Part shown: positions 11,420 to 21,994 of the stretch, piece after piece
How positions within the stretch are numbered: the stretch's first letter is position 1
Layout: the number at the start of each line of letters is the position of its first letter
Source of the DNA: Novosphingobium sp.
GTDB taxonomy: Bacteria; Pseudomonadota; Alphaproteobacteria; Sphingomonadales; Sphingomonadaceae
Length of the DNA stretch: 64,000 nucleotides
Reading direction: 5' to 3'
Assembly (NCBI RefSeq): GCF_039595395.1
Contig: NZ_JBCNLP010000001.1
Coordinates: 577,823-641,822 of the forward strand
Translations under genes and position numbers: made by a program
The notes under the pieces: generated by a model
Database searches by the model: none
The model's input: the letters and a program-made list of their open reading frames with translations, nothing else
What the model was told of the DNA's origin: nothing

Positions 11420-12541
11420 ATGGGGGACCGCTTTGCCGCCTGGCCGCGCCTGCGCGCGCTGGCGGCGCTGATTGCGCTGGCGATGATGCTGGCGGCCAGC
11501 GCCTTCGTGCCCCTCACCGTGGGCCGGGGCGAAGTGGCCAAGCCCGCGCAAATCTCGCTGACCGGAAACGCCGGCAAACAGGCCGAGCGACCCCGCGATG
11601 ATGACCTGACCCTCTACGACCACGCCGTCACCCGCATCCGCCACGGCGAGAACTATTACGACTTCATCGCGCAGGAGCATCGCAAGGCCGATTACCCCCT
11701 GCGCCCCGGCCTCGCCGTCCGCCTGCCCACGCTGGCCTATCTCGACGCCGCCATGGGCGTGGACGAGGCCAAACCCGCCCCCATCGCCATGGGTGCCGCT
11801 GTGGTGCTGATGCTGGCCGTGATCTGGGCCTGGTGGCGCCGTCTGGGCGATGAGGCCTGCAGCGAAAGCCAGCGCCTTTTCGGCACCGCGCTGATCTTCC
11901 TTGGCGCCTCGCTGGGGCTGAATCGCTATTATTTCGTGCTTCACGAACTCTGGGCCGGGATGCTGATCGCCCTGTCTCTCGGCCTGCACCGGCCTTCGCG
12001 GGGCCGCTGGCTTGGCGCATGGCTGGCCGCCGCGCTGGCGCTGGCCATCCGCGAGCATACCTTGCCCTATGTGCTGCTGATGGGCGCCATGGCCCTGTGG
12101 CGCGGCCATCGGCGAGAGGCCGGGGCATGGGCGCTGCTGGTGGCGCTGTTCGCGCTCGCCATGGCGGTGCATCTGCATCTGGTTGCCCTGCACACGCTGC
12201 CCACCGACCCCACCGGGCCAAGCTGGTTTGCCATGCGCGGGCTGGGGGGCTGGCTGTCGAATGTGGCGCTCTCCTCCAACCTGCGCTTCCTGCCGCACTG
12301 GATCGCCGGGCCCGCGATCATCGCCATGATTCTGGGCTGGGCCGGATGGCGCAGCGAGGCGGGAGCCACAGCGACGCTGCTGTTCCTCGGTTATGGGCTG
12401 CTGTTCATGATCGCCGGGCGGGATGATAATTTCTACTGGGGGGCGATGATCGCGCCCGCCATGTTTGTCGGGCTGGCTTTTGTGCCGATGGCTCTGGCAG
12501 GGGTGTGGAAGGCGGTTTGGACGGGGCGGGAAGGCATTTAA
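11420..12541 (+). CDS. Polytopic integral membrane protein of unknown function (possibly GT-C-like)
   Basis: There are about 9-10 hydrophobic segments. An early periplasmic loop carries acidic residues (RPRDDDLTLYDHAV...GENYYD). The start is uncertain, either 11348 or 11420. Confidence 0.55.
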   Translation: MGDRFAAWPRLRALAALIALAMMLAASAFVPLTVGRGEVAKPAQISLTGNAGKQAERPRDDDLTLYDHAVTRIRHGENYYDFIAQEHRKADYPLRPGLAVRLPTLAYLDAAMGVDEAKPAPIAMGAAVVLMLAVIWAWWRRLGDEACSESQRLFGTALIFLGASLGLNRYYFVLHELWAGMLIALSLGLHRPSRGRWLGAWLAAALALAIREHTLPYVLLMGAMALWRGHRREAGAWALLVALFALAMAVHLHLVALHTLPTDPTGPSWFAMRGLGGWLSNVALSSNLRFLPHWIAGPAIIAMILGWAGWRSEAGATATLLFLGYGLLFMIAGRDDNFYWGAMIAPAMFVGLAFVPMALAGVWKAVWTGREGI

Positions 12542-12772
12542 AAGAAGATGCGAGGGGGTTACCCCCTCGCGCTCCCATGACGTCTTCCGACGCAAGGGCA
12601 GGGGCGCCCGGTCGTTGCGCCCGGACTATCCACCTGCGCAACCTAAGGCGCCGCAGGCATCAAATCCCTGCCTGCGGCGCGGCAAACTGGGCGCAAGGCC
12701 GAACCCGATGCGCGCCGTAGACATTAAAGGGGGCGCGAGGGCGATGGCCCTCGCATCTTCTCTTCTTCCCCT
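12542..12772 (-). repeat. Family-1 intergenic element, copy 4 (full length, reverse orientation)
   Basis: It is the reverse complement of the copy-1 architecture. Its central module is reduced to one hairpin, GCGCCGCAGGCA-tcaaatccc-TGCCTGCGGCGC. It starts at the base after the upstream TAA (12539-12541). Confidence 0.9.
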
Positions 12773-12800
12773 TCAACCCTCCCCCCGCTATCACGCGCCA

Positions 12801-13994
12801 ATGCAAGGCAAACGCATCCTCTTGATCGTCGGCGGCGGCATCGCGGCTTACAAATCCTGCGAGCTGGTCCGGCTGATCCGCAAGGCGGGCGGCGAGGTGA
12901 CCTGTGTGCTGACCGAGGGCGGCAGTCATTTCGTCACCGCGATGACCCTGGCGGCGCTGAGTGAAAACCCCGTTCACACCACGCTGTGGGATCTGAAGAA
13001 CGAGGTGGAAATGGGCCATATCCAGCTCTCGCGTCAGGCGGATCTGGTGGTGGTCTGCCCGGCGACGGCCAATATGCTGGCCAAGATGGCGGCGGGCATT
13101 GCCGACGATCTGGCGACCACGCTGATCCTGGCCACCGACAAGCCGGTGCTGGCCGTGCCCGCGATGAATGTGCGGATGTGGCTGAACGCGGCGACTCAGG
13201 CCAATGTCGCCACCTTGCGCTCGCGCGATATCACGGTGGTCGATCCGGACGATGGCGCCATGGCCTGCGGCGAATATGGCCCGGGCCGCCTGCCTGAGCC
13301 CCCTGCGGTGCTGGAAGCCATCCAGCATGCCCTGCGCGGCCCCGGCCTGCTGACAGGCCGCCACGTGCTCGTGACGGCTGGTCCCACCCATGAACCCATC
13401 GACCCGGTGCGCTACATCGCCAACCGCTCCAGCGGCCTGCAGGGCTTTGCCATCGCCGAGGCGGCGGCTCAGGCGGGGGCCAAGGTCACGCTGGTGGCCG
13501 GGCCGGTCGATCTGCCGACACCTTACGGCGTGACGCGGGTGAATGTGGAAAGCGCCCTGCAGATGGAAGCTGCGGTCGAGAAGGCTCTGCCCGCCGATGT
13601 GGCGGTGATGGTCGCCGCCGTGGCCGACTGGCGCGCCGAAAACGCGGGCGACCCCGCGCGCAAGATCAAGAAGGATGGTTCGGGCCAGCCTCCGGCGCTT
13701 AAGCTGGTCGAGAACCCCGATATTCTGGCGGGGCTCTGTGCCTCGCCGCGCAGGCCCGCTCTGGTGGTGGGCTTTGCGGCGGAAACCCATGATGTGATCG
13801 CCAACGCTCAGGCCAAGCGCCTGCGCAAGGGGGCGGACTGGATCGTGGCCAATGATGTCTCGGGCGATGTGATGGGGGGCACGCGCAATGCGGTGCAGAT
13901 CGTCACCGCCAGCGGCATAGAGGCCATCGGGCAGGCCCCCAAGGCGGTGATCGCGCAAGCATTGATCGAAAGGATTGCCCGTGCATTCGACTGA
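12801..13994 (+). CDS. coaBC: Bifunctional phosphopantothenoylcysteine decarboxylase / phosphopantothenate-cysteine ligase
   Basis: [30 protein letters not shown]... is a typical Dfp flavoprotein N-terminus, and the CoaB domain follows. The ATG is at 12801. The upstream part of the ORF-track frame is translation of the repeat. Confidence 0.93.
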   Translation: MQGKRILLIVGGGIAAYKSCELVRLIRKAGGEVTCVLTEGGSHFVTAMTLAALSENPVHTTLWDLKNEVEMGHIQLSRQADLVVVCPATANMLAKMAAGIADDLATTLILATDKPVLAVPAMNVRMWLNAATQANVATLRSRDITVVDPDDGAMACGEYGPGRLPEPPAVLEAIQHALRGPGLLTGRHVLVTAGPTHEPIDPVRYIANRSSGLQGFAIAEAAAQAGAKVTLVAGPVDLPTPYGVTRVNVESALQMEAAVEKALPADVAVMVAAVADWRAENAGDPARKIKKDGSGQPPALKLVENPDILAGLCASPRRPALVVGFAAETHDVIANAQAKRLRKGADWIVANDVSGDVMGGTRNAVQIVTASGIEAIGQAPKAVIAQALIERIARAFD

Positions 13995-14451
13995 CACCAT
14001 CCCCCTGCGCGTCAAGCGCCTGCCCCATGGCGAGGGTCTGCCTCTGCCCGCCTATGCCACCAGCGGCGCGGCGGGCATGGATGTCGTCTCTGCCGAGGAT
14101 GTGGTGCTGGCACCCGGTGCGCGCCATGCGGTGGCCACGGGCCTGTCGATGGCAATCCCCGCGGGCTTCGAGATTCAGGTGCGTCCGCGTTCGGGTCTGG
14201 CGCTGAAGCACGGCATTTCCGCGCCCAACGCGCCGGGCACGATTGACTCCGATTACCGGGGCGAGGTGAAGATCATCCTGATCAACCACGGCGACAAGCC
14301 CTTCGAGATCCTGCGCGGCGACCGTGTGGCCCAGCTGGTGCTGGCCCCGGTGGTGCAGGGCGGCTGGCTCGAAGTCGAAGAGCTGGACGCCACCGATCGC
14401 GGCGAGGGCGGCTTCGGCAGCACCGGCGGCGTGGTGGCTCTGGGCAACTAA
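13975..14451 (+). CDS. dut: dUTP diphosphatase
   Basis: Motifs [27 protein letters not shown] and GFGSTG are present. The start is TTG at 13975 or GTG at 13981, overlapping the coaBC end. Confidence 0.92.
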   Translation: MPVHSTDTIPLRVKRLPHGEGLPLPAYATSGAAGMDVVSAEDVVLAPGARHAVATGLSMAIPAGFEIQVRPRSGLALKHGISAPNAPGTIDSDYRGEVKIILINHGDKPFEILRGDRVAQLVLAPVVQGGWLEVEELDATDRGEGGFGSTGGVVALGN

Positions 14452-14475
14452 GGCCGCGAAAGCAGCGCGGGCGGT

Positions 14476-14859
14476 TTACCGCTCGCGCTGTTTCAGCACC
14501 CAGCCATAGGACTGACGCAGCGATGCACTGCGTTCGCGCGTCAGCTTCCAGCGGCAGACCAGCTCGGCAGGCGGGCCACCGGTGCCCCCGCCATAAAGCG
14601 CGAATTCCGCCGAACATTGTGAATCGCGAAAGCTGACCCATGCGCGCTCGGCATTGACGAGGCCGGTCCGCTCGGGGCCGTTCAGCACCCGAACAATGCG
14701 GGCATAGACGGCGTTCAGGGCCTTATCCTCACGCCCCAGCGCATCGGCGTAGCAATGCACCATGTCATAGGTGGTGGAGGCGGAGCGGCAGGGCGCCGCA
14801 GGATCGTTGAAAGCCTGAGTGGGCGTTGCGGCCAGCAGGAGCAACGGGGCAAGGATCAT
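14476..14859 (-). CDS. Secreted DUF1311 (LprI-like, lysozyme-inhibitor-type) protein
   Basis: The ATG at 14859 gives a signal peptide, MILAPLLLLAATPTQA. The Cys pattern and the ERAWVSFRDSQC motif are typical of DUF1311. Confidence 0.65.
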   Translation of the reverse strand: MILAPLLLLAATPTQAFNDPAAPCRSASTTYDMVHCYADALGREDKALNAVYARIVRVLNGPERTGLVNAERAWVSFRDSQCSAEFALYGGGTGGPPAELVCRWKLTRERSASLRQSYGWVLKQRER

Positions 14860-14917
14860 CGCTTTCCATCCATGAAAAACCGGCGCGGGTGGAGCGACCC
14901 GCGCCGGTGATGATGAC

Positions 14918-15622
14918 TTACTTGTCCGGCTTGACCGTGACCTTCTTTTCCGGCGCGATGGTGATGCGCAGCGATTCACCCGAATTGCCGGGGAAGCCGG
15001 TGAACATCGCCTCAACCAGATTGGGCACCAGATAGCTCAGGTGATCCGAGGTGGAGGCAGCCTGGGCGCGACCCTCGAACAGGCGGCGCGAGGTCGCCTT
15101 GTCGTCGATGCGCAGCGTGATGTCGCTGGTGTAGACGGTCGAGACGTCGATGCCATTGTCGAAGAAGGGATCATTCCAGCCCCAGCCCCAGGCGCCGCGA
15201 CCGAAGCCGCCGTAACCGCCGCCCCAGCCGCCATAGCCGAAGCGACCGCGATAACCGCGCCACGGACCCCAATAGGGATCGGCAAAGCCGGTCGAGCGCA
15301 GGACCTGACGGCCCTTGTCGATGCCATAGTTGAAATGGACGATCAGGCTGGCCGCTTCAGGATTGGGCGCGGGCGTGTAGCCATATTTCGACAGGTTCTG
15401 TGCCACGAGCGAGGCATACTGGCTGAACTCGATCCCGCCGGCCAGCGCCGGATTGTCCGACACGATGGCAAAGCTCTGCCCCTGGGGTGCGGGCAGTTGC
15501 GTCGAGAAACGGGTGACCTTGCTGTCGAAGTTTTCGGCGCAGGCCGAAAGGCCCAGCACCAGCAGGCCGGCCATCGCCGCCTGCGCCAGGCGCGAGAAGG
15601 GTTTACGCGCAACGTCGTTCAT
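14918..15622 (-). CDS. Lipoprotein (DUF4136-like) with an internal Gly/Trp/Tyr-rich low-complexity insert
   Basis: The signal peptide has an LSAC lipobox. The insert reads YWGPWRGYRGRFGYGGWGGGYGGFGRGAWGWGWNDPFF. Confidence 0.6.
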   Translation of the reverse strand: MNDVARKPFSRLAQAAMAGLLVLGLSACAENFDSKVTRFSTQLPAPQGQSFAIVSDNPALAGGIEFSQYASLVAQNLSKYGYTPAPNPEAASLIVHFNYGIDKGRQVLRSTGFADPYWGPWRGYRGRFGYGGWGGGYGGFGRGAWGWGWNDPFFDNGIDVSTVYTSDITLRIDDKATSRRLFEGRAQAASTSDHLSYLVPNLVEAMFTGFPGNSGESLRITIAPEKKVTVKPDK

Positions 15623-15760
15623 TGTGTTGTCCTCCGCAGATCACGCCCAGGGCCTATCCTCCCCAGCGGTCCGGACGTATTTGTTAGCGCCTTGTGCCTT
15701 ACCGGGAGCCGACTGAACAGGGGTTGAATGCAGGGGGACAACATTTTGTCGTAAATGGTG

Positions 15761-16354
15761 TCAGCGCTGCCTTTTCAACACGATATAGAGCGCGCCCGCG
15801 CCGCCATGCCGCACATGGGCGACGCGCAATGCCGCGATGGCATGGCCATGCGCGCCCTGCGCCAGCCAGTCGGCGACATGGGCGCGGATCGCCCCGCGCG
15901 CGGAGCCTGCCGGGCGCGGCCTTCCGGTGATCAGGAGCACCAGCCGCGCCTGTTGCTGACGCGCCAGCGTGAGGCCGTGATCGAGCCGCGCATGGGCCTC
16001 ATCCAGCGTGAAACCGTGCAGGTCGAGGCTGAAATCGGGCGCCACCAGCCCCTTGGCGAGCCGCTTGTCCCACCCCGCATCCAGCCCGTGGCGGTCGAGC
16101 GGGCGCGGTGCGGGCGCGGCGCAAGGCGGCGGCGGCAAGGGCGGCGGCACGCGGCCTTTGATCCGCTTGGGCGGCGGAGGCGGGGCCTCGGCCGTATCGG
16201 CGGGTTTGGACTGGGCGACAGGCGCGGCGCGGCGTTGCGGCTCCAGAGGCGTGATGGTCTGTGCCAGACGGGCCCAGAGCACCTCCTCCTCCTCGGTCAA
16301 CCTGCGGCCGCGGGCGAAAGCAGGCCGGGGGCGCGCCCGGCCCGGAGCTTTCAT
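15761..16354 (-). CDS. Smr (MutS2-related small) domain protein
   Basis: The C-terminal Smr domain reads LDLHGFTLDEAHARL...LITGRP...AIRAHVADWL. The ATG at 16354 overlaps the mltA stop (ATGA). Confidence 0.8.
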   Translation of the reverse strand: MKAPGRARPRPAFARGRRLTEEEEVLWARLAQTITPLEPQRRAAPVAQSKPADTAEAPPPPPKRIKGRVPPPLPPPPCAAPAPRPLDRHGLDAGWDKRLAKGLVAPDFSLDLHGFTLDEAHARLDHGLTLARQQQARLVLLITGRPRPAGSARGAIRAHVADWLAQGAHGHAIAALRVAHVRHGGAGALYIVLKRQR

Positions 16355-17610
16355 CGCAGACCCAATCGGGCGAGCGAGGCGCGGGGCAGCAGCACATTGG
16401 CCTGCCCATGGCCGATCATCCCGCCCGCGATGCGGCGCGCCTCGGCCCCGGCGCCCCAGAAGCTGTCGAAGCGGTTGGCGCCCTTGATCGCGCCGCCGGT
16501 GTCCTGAGCGATCCACAGCCCGTTGGCCTGCGTGGCGCCCGCCAGCGACGGGTCCATCGAGAGGAACACCGGCGCGCCCAGCGGCGTGAAGAGCGGATCG
16601 GCGGCGACGCTGACATGGGCATGGACCGGCAGGCCCATGGCGCCCACCGGGCCGTCGCCATTGAGTTCGCGGAAGAAGACCCAGCTCTTGTTCTGGCGCA
16701 TCAGCGCGCGGCCATCCTCGGGATGCTCGTGGATATACTGGACGATGCCCTGCATCGAGCCGGGATACTGGCCCGGCCCGGTGCCGATCAGCCCCTGCTG
16801 GCGCATCAGCCCGCCGATGTTGGTGTAATTCTGCCCATTGTCCCCGGCATAGCCGATGCGGATCACCGAGCCATCGGGCTGGCGCAGCCGTCCCGAGCCC
16901 TGCACCTGCAGGAAGAACAGCTCGACCGGATCGGCGACCCAGGCCAGTTCCAGATTCTGCCCGGCAAGCTGGCCGTTCTCGATCTGGGCGCGCTCGTAAT
17001 AGGGGACGAAATGGCCGGTCTCGTCATAGCGGCCAAAGGGCGTCTGGCCATTGGGCTTGACCGGGCCGTCGCCGGGGCGGGCATGGACCAGATCTGCGGG
17101 CATGCCATAGACCGGCGCGTCATAGCCCGGAATGTGCTGGCGGCTGCCCGCGATCTCGGGCTCGTAATAGCCGGTGACGAAGCTGGCGCCCGAACCCACG
17201 GTCACGGCGCGGAAATAGGTGTTGAAGAAGTTGGGCGCATCAGCCGTGGGCCAATCACTGGCCGCCGAGCAGGCGCTCTGCCAGTCGGTCTTGACGGTGA
17301 GGCCGCTGGGGTCGTTGCGGCTGGTCAGGCGCGGGCAGCTCGCGCGGAAGGCGGCGAGCACGGGGCCTGCGCTGGCGGGCGTCAGCCCGAAGCTGGCGAT
17401 GGAGGGCCCGGCATGCACCCCTGCCACCAGCGCATTGGCGGGCGGCGGCGGGGCGGCAGGCTGGGTCGGCTGAACCGGCAGCGGGCGGCTGGGGGCGGGG
17501 CGGCTGGAGACCGGCCCGCGCGCTTCAGGAATTACCCGGCCGCAACCGGCCAGCAGCATCAATGTGAACAGGGCCGTTGCGGCCCTGTTCTTACCCAGCC
17601 CTGCGATCAT
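16351..17610 (-). CDS. mltA: Membrane-bound lytic murein transglycosylase A
   Basis: Lipoprotein signal LLAGCG. MltA and 3D domain motifs are present (YYEPEI, GYAGDNGQNYTNIGG, DTGGAIKGANRFDSFWG). Confidence 0.9.
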   Translation of the reverse strand: MIAGLGKNRAATALFTLMLLAGCGRVIPEARGPVSSRPAPSRPLPVQPTQPAAPPPPANALVAGVHAGPSIASFGLTPASAGPVLAAFRASCPRLTSRNDPSGLTVKTDWQSACSAASDWPTADAPNFFNTYFRAVTVGSGASFVTGYYEPEIAGSRQHIPGYDAPVYGMPADLVHARPGDGPVKPNGQTPFGRYDETGHFVPYYERAQIENGQLAGQNLELAWVADPVELFFLQVQGSGRLRQPDGSVIRIGYAGDNGQNYTNIGGLMRQQGLIGTGPGQYPGSMQGIVQYIHEHPEDGRALMRQNKSWVFFRELNGDGPVGAMGLPVHAHVSVAADPLFTPLGAPVFLSMDPSLAGATQANGLWIAQDTGGAIKGANRFDSFWGAGAEARRIAGGMIGHGQANVLLPRASLARLGLR

Positions 17611-17627
17611 GGATTCAGCTCCCGACC

Positions 17628-18377
17628 TTAACCTTCATCGGTCTCGTCGAGCAGCCAGTCGGGATCGGCGGAGTTGATGTCGCGGCGGAAGGTCCAGGCG
17701 TCGCGCGCCTCGACCGCGTCATGCAGCGAACCGGCCACCATATGGCCTTCGGCATCGCGGGTGATCGCGGCGATGTCGGCCACGAAGCGCACCGTGATGC
17801 GGGCATAGGGAGCGGTATAGGTCGCGCCGGTGATCACCACCTCGTTCAGGCGGACCAGGCGGTTGTCGACCACTTCGCCCGCAGCGTTGCGCTCGTCGAT
17901 GGCGGCGGCGAAGCCGGTGGCGACATCGGCATCGCACAGCTTGGCCAGCTCATCCTTGTCGCCGCGCCAGAAGGCGCCCAGCACGATGCCATAGGCGCCG
18001 CGTGCGCCCTCAAGGAAGGCATGGGGGTCGAAACGGCGGTCGACCGCGATGATCTCGCGCAGGCCGCGCTCCACGGTGGGCAGCACCGAGAGCGGCTCGC
18101 GGGCGTTGCGGCCGCCAGCCAGAGGCTCACGCGAGGCACCGCGATCGGCGGTGCGGTCGCTACCGCGATCCTGCCCGCGTGGCTGCGAGGAGAGGTTGGC
18201 CTGGCCTGTCGGGCCCCCCGTCGGATTCTGCGCGTCGAAGCGACCCAGCGCATCGCGCGAGGCGGGTTCGTGCCGGGGTTGTTCGTCGCCCTGTTCGGCA
18301 CGGCGCCCCAGTACGGCGTAGAGTCGCAGGCCCAGGAAGGCAGCAATCATGGCCAGAATGACGATTTCGACAGTCAC
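17628..18377 (-). CDS. Tim44-like domain membrane protein
   Basis: An N-terminal TM helix precedes a C-terminal Tim44-like fold. It sits between mltA and secB, the conserved alphaproteobacterial position. Confidence 0.75.
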   Translation of the reverse strand: MTVEIVILAMIAAFLGLRLYAVLGRRAEQGDEQPRHEPASRDALGRFDAQNPTGGPTGQANLSSQPRGQDRGSDRTADRGASREPLAGGRNAREPLSVLPTVERGLREIIAVDRRFDPHAFLEGARGAYGIVLGAFWRGDKDELAKLCDADVATGFAAAIDERNAAGEVVDNRLVRLNEVVITGATYTAPYARITVRFVADIAAITRDAEGHMVAGSLHDAVEARDAWTFRRDINSADPDWLLDETDEG

Positions 18378-18724
18378 AAGCTTTGTCCAGTTTCACGCCA
18401 GAGTGCGTTTGGTATCGTGCCGACAGAGGTTCGGCAGATGCGGGAGGTATAGACCACCCGCCTTAACGAACCGCGATCATGCTACAGATAGGTAGCGAAC
18501 ACAAATGAACAACGCATGCACAAGGCCTTTAAGGGCTTTTTTTCGCCATGCCGTGGCAGGCGTGCGAGCATAGGGGGCGAATCGGTCGGGCGCGGGGGTG
18601 TTGTGCGCGCTCCCATGGCTGTTGTGCGCTCGCGGGGCAGATGCTAGGCGCTTGGATCAGCAAGATCCACCTGATGCGCCAGCCCCATAGCCAGGGCGGC
18701 GGCGCCTAGACAGAAAGCAGTCCC

Positions 18725-19246
18725 ATGTCCGAGGAAGGTAACGTCACCTCCAGCCTGAAGTTCGAAGAGGACGTCCAGCCCTCGGCAGGCATTCTTTCGC
18801 AATATGTGAAGGATCTCTCGGTCGAGAGCCCCAATGCGCCCGACTCGTTCCAGTGGACCGATCAGCCGCAGATGGACATCCAGTTCAACATCGCCGCGCG
18901 CGCCATCCAGCCCACCGTGCATGAGGCCGAGCTGAAGATCACCCTGGCCGCCAAGCATGAAGCCGGCACCGCCTATATCGTCGACCTGACCTTCGCCGGT
19001 CTGATCGCGATGCAAGGGCTGGACGAGGGCCAGATGCACGCCTTCATCTTCGCCGAGGCGCCGCGCCTGCTGTTCCCCTTCGCCCGCCGCGTGCTGGCCG
19101 ATGCCGTGCGTGACGCCGGTTTCGGCCCGATGCTGCTGGAGCCGATCGATTTCGGCGCGCTCTATTTCCAGCAGATGCAGGCGCAGGCCGAAGGTCAGGG
19201 CGAAGGCCCCGACATCGCCACGGCCGAGCCCGCCGGCCACGCGTAA
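18725..19246 (+). CDS. secB: Protein-export chaperone SecB
   Basis: GILSQYVKDLSVESPNAP... and FAEAPRLLFPFARRVLADAVRDAGF are typical SecB sequences. Confidence 0.93.
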   Translation: MSEEGNVTSSLKFEEDVQPSAGILSQYVKDLSVESPNAPDSFQWTDQPQMDIQFNIAARAIQPTVHEAELKITLAAKHEAGTAYIVDLTFAGLIAMQGLDEGQMHAFIFAEAPRLLFPFARRVLADAVRDAGFGPMLLEPIDFGALYFQQMQAQAEGQGEGPDIATAEPAGHA

Positions 19247-19310
19247 GTTCAAACGGGCCGGGGTTTGCGCTCCGGCCCGTGTTGTATCCGGGTTTTGAAG
19301 GGCGGCTGAG

Positions 19311-20876
19311 ATGAATCTGCTGAAGGCGACGGGCACGATCGGCGGCCTGACGCTGGCCAGTCGCGTGCTGGGTCTGCTGCGCGATTCGCTGTTTGCGCGG
19401 ATCGTGGGGGCGGGGTTTGCCTCCGACGCCTTTCTGGTGGCTTTCCGCCTGCCCAACATGTTCCGCGCCTTGTTCGCGGAGGGCGCCTTTGCCAGCGCCT
19501 TTGTGCCGATGTTCAACCAGAAGGTGAGCGATCCCGAGGGACGCGGCTTGTCCTCGGGCCTCGACTTTGCCGAGGCGGCCTTCAGCGTGCTGCTGCCCAC
19601 GCTGGTGGTGATGACGGTGCTGCTGGAGGTCTTCGCCTGGCCGGTGACATGGGCGCTGTCGGGCAAGTTCCATGGCGTGACCAGCGATCAGTTCGATTTC
19701 GCGGTGACGCTTTCGCGCCTGACGATCCCCTATCTGATGCTGATCTCGCTGGTCAGCCTGTTGGGGGGGATTCTCAATTCGCTGCAGAAATTCTGGGTCA
19801 ATGCCGCCGCGCCGATCCTGCTCAATCTGACGCTGATCGTCGCGCTGCTGGCCTTTGGCTCGCACAATCCGCTGGTGACGGCGCGCAATCAGGCGCTGGC
19901 GGTCACGGTTTCGGGTGCGCTGCAGCTGGCCTGGGTGGCGCATGCGGCGTGGCGCAATGGCGTCTCGCTGCGCCCGCGCTGGCCGCGCCTGACCCCAGAG
20001 GTGCGCAAGCTGATGACGCTGATCTGGCCTGCCGCCGCTGGAGCGGGTGCGGCGCAGATCAATCTGGTGGTTTCCACCGCGCTGGCCGCCAGCCTGCTCG
20101 ACCATGGCAGTGTCACCTACATCTATATGGCGGACCGGTTGAACCAACTGCCGCTCGGGCTGATCGGCATTGCGCTGGGCACGGTGCTGCTGCCCACCAT
20201 CAGCCGCCTGCTGGGCGCGGGCGATGAGGCGGGCGCGATGGACACGCAGAATCGCGGCCTCGAACTGGCGCTGTTGCTGACTTTGCCCGCCACCATGGGG
20301 CTGGTGTTCTGCGGTGAGCCGATTGCCGCTGCCCTGTTCGGCTATGGTCGCTACAACGCTGCCGACACGCATTTTACCGCTCAGGCGCTGGCCTGTTTTT
20401 CGGTGGGGCTGCCCAGCTATATTCTGGTCAAGGTGCTGACGCCCGGCTTCTATGCTCGCCATGACACCAAGACGCCGGTGCGTTTCGCGATGATTTCTAT
20501 CGGCGCCAATCTGGTGCTGAACCTCGCGCTGATCCTGCCGCTGCATCATATGGGGCCGCCGCTGGCGACGGCTCTGTCCTCCACGCTGAACGTCGTGATG
20601 CTCTACACCACGCTGGTGAAGCGCGGGCATTTCGTGATGGATGCAAGGCTCAAGCGCCGCTGGTGGCGTCTGGCGCTGGCCGCGCTGGCGATGGGCGGTC
20701 TGCTGCTGGCGGGCGAGGACCGGCTGATGCCCTACACCCATGGCGCCTGGTATGTGCGCTGCGGGGCGATGGCTGCTCTGGTGGGGGCGGGGGTTTGCGT
20801 CTATGGCGTGGCCACTGTCGTGCTGGGGGCCTTTACCAAAGCCGATCTGGCGCTGCTGAAACGGCGTCGCGCGTAA
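19311..20876 (+). CDS. murJ: Lipid II flippase MurJ (MviN)
   Basis: MNLLKATGTIGGLTLASRVLGLLRD...AFLVAFRLPNMFRALFAEGAF. 521 aa and polytopic. Confidence 0.93.
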   Translation: MNLLKATGTIGGLTLASRVLGLLRDSLFARIVGAGFASDAFLVAFRLPNMFRALFAEGAFASAFVPMFNQKVSDPEGRGLSSGLDFAEAAFSVLLPTLVVMTVLLEVFAWPVTWALSGKFHGVTSDQFDFAVTLSRLTIPYLMLISLVSLLGGILNSLQKFWVNAAAPILLNLTLIVALLAFGSHNPLVTARNQALAVTVSGALQLAWVAHAAWRNGVSLRPRWPRLTPEVRKLMTLIWPAAAGAGAAQINLVVSTALAASLLDHGSVTYIYMADRLNQLPLGLIGIALGTVLLPTISRLLGAGDEAGAMDTQNRGLELALLLTLPATMGLVFCGEPIAAALFGYGRYNAADTHFTAQALACFSVGLPSYILVKVLTPGFYARHDTKTPVRFAMISIGANLVLNLALILPLHHMGPPLATALSSTLNVVMLYTTLVKRGHFVMDARLKRRWWRLALAALAMGGLLLAGEDRLMPYTHGAWYVRCGAMAALVGAGVCVYGVATVVLGAFTKADLALLKRRRA

Positions 20877-20900
20877 TTTAAACAAGCAAGAGTAACCGAC

Positions 20901-21920
20901 ATGCGTATCGTTTCCGGCATTCAGCCCACGGGCAATCTCCACCTCGGCAATTATCTGGGGGCGATCCGCAATTGGGTGGCGATGCAGAACGATACCGTGA
21001 CGACCGGTGGCGAATGCTTCTTCTTCCTGGCCGATCTTCACGCCATTTCCATGCCGCATGACCCTGCCACGCTGTCGGCGGGCACGCGCGAGATGGTGGC
21101 GGCGCTGGTCGCCTGCGGGATCGATCCCGAGCGCTCGACGCTGTTCAACCAGACCCAGGTGCCCGAACATCCCCAGTTGCAATGGCTGCTCAACGGCACG
21201 GCACGCATGGGCTGGCTGAGCCGCATGACCCAGTTCAAGGACAAGGCGGGCAAGAACCGGGATTCGGTCTCGGTGGCGCTCTTCACCTATCCGGTGCTGC
21301 AGGCCGCCGACGTGCTGCTCTATCAGGCGACCCATGTGCCCGTGGGCGAGGACCAGAAGCAGCATCTGGAGCTGGCGCGCGACATCGCCCAGAAGTTCAA
21401 CAACGACTTCTGCCCCGAGGACAAGCCGCTCTTCACCCTGCCCGAGCCGATCATCCCGCCCGCCGCCGCGCGCATCATGAGCCTGCGCGATGGCTCGTCC
21501 AAGATGTCGAAGTCCGATCCCTCCGACATGAGCCGCATCAACCTTGTCGATGATGCCGACACCATCATGAACAAGGTGAAGAAGGCCAAGACCGATCCTG
21601 AGCCGCTGCCCAGCGAGAAGGACGGTCTGGAAGCCCGGCCCGAGGCGCGCAATCTGGTGGGCATCTATGCCGCCATGGCGGGGACCACGGTTGAGCAGGT
21701 GCTGGCGGACTTCGGCGGCAAGGGCTTCGGCGCTTTCAAGCCCGCGCTGGGTGAGCTGCTGGTAGAGAAGCTGGCGCCGATCAACGCGCGTTTCGTGGAG
21801 CTGAAGCAGGACCGCGACGCTTTGGACGCCATCCTGCGCAAGGGTGCCGAAAAGGCTCGTGCCGCTGCTGCGCCGACTTTGGCGGCGACCTATGACGCGC
21901 TGGGTCTGGTGCGCGGTTAA
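20901..21920 (+). CDS. trpS: Tryptophan--tRNA ligase
   Basis: The HIGH-type motif is [10 protein letters not shown] and the KMSKS motif is SKMSKSD. Confidence 0.95.
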   Translation: MRIVSGIQPTGNLHLGNYLGAIRNWVAMQNDTVTTGGECFFFLADLHAISMPHDPATLSAGTREMVAALVACGIDPERSTLFNQTQVPEHPQLQWLLNGTARMGWLSRMTQFKDKAGKNRDSVSVALFTYPVLQAADVLLYQATHVPVGEDQKQHLELARDIAQKFNNDFCPEDKPLFTLPEPIIPPAAARIMSLRDGSSKMSKSDPSDMSRINLVDDADTIMNKVKKAKTDPEPLPSEKDGLEARPEARNLVGIYAAMAGTTVEQVLADFGGKGFGAFKPALGELLVEKLAPINARFVELKQDRDALDAILRKGAEKARAAAAPTLAATYDALGLVRG

Positions 21921-21994
21921 GTCCGCGCGGCGTTTGAGCGTCTCCGGGGTGCTGATGCGATAGCATCATGGCACCCCCGCCAAAATACGCCCGG

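Noticed and set aside
18378-18724. A 347-nt spacer between the Tim44-like gene and secB containing AAGGCCTTTAAGGGCTTTTTTT, a possible small-RNA terminator.
   Set aside because: The stem is only 3-4 bp and imperfect, and I can identify no promoter or conserved structure. It is most simply the divergent promoter region.
19044-21365. Very long ORFs running antisense to, or out of frame with, annotated genes. Examples are 19044-21365 (773 aa), 507-1919, 10859-12595, 37649-39079, 47866-49626 and 9684-11375.
   Set aside because: Their translations are Arg/Gly/Ala/Pro-rich low-complexity sequence with no family resemblance. They overlap genes with clear homology on the other strand or frame. This is the usual stop-codon-poor artefact of a ~65% GC genome.
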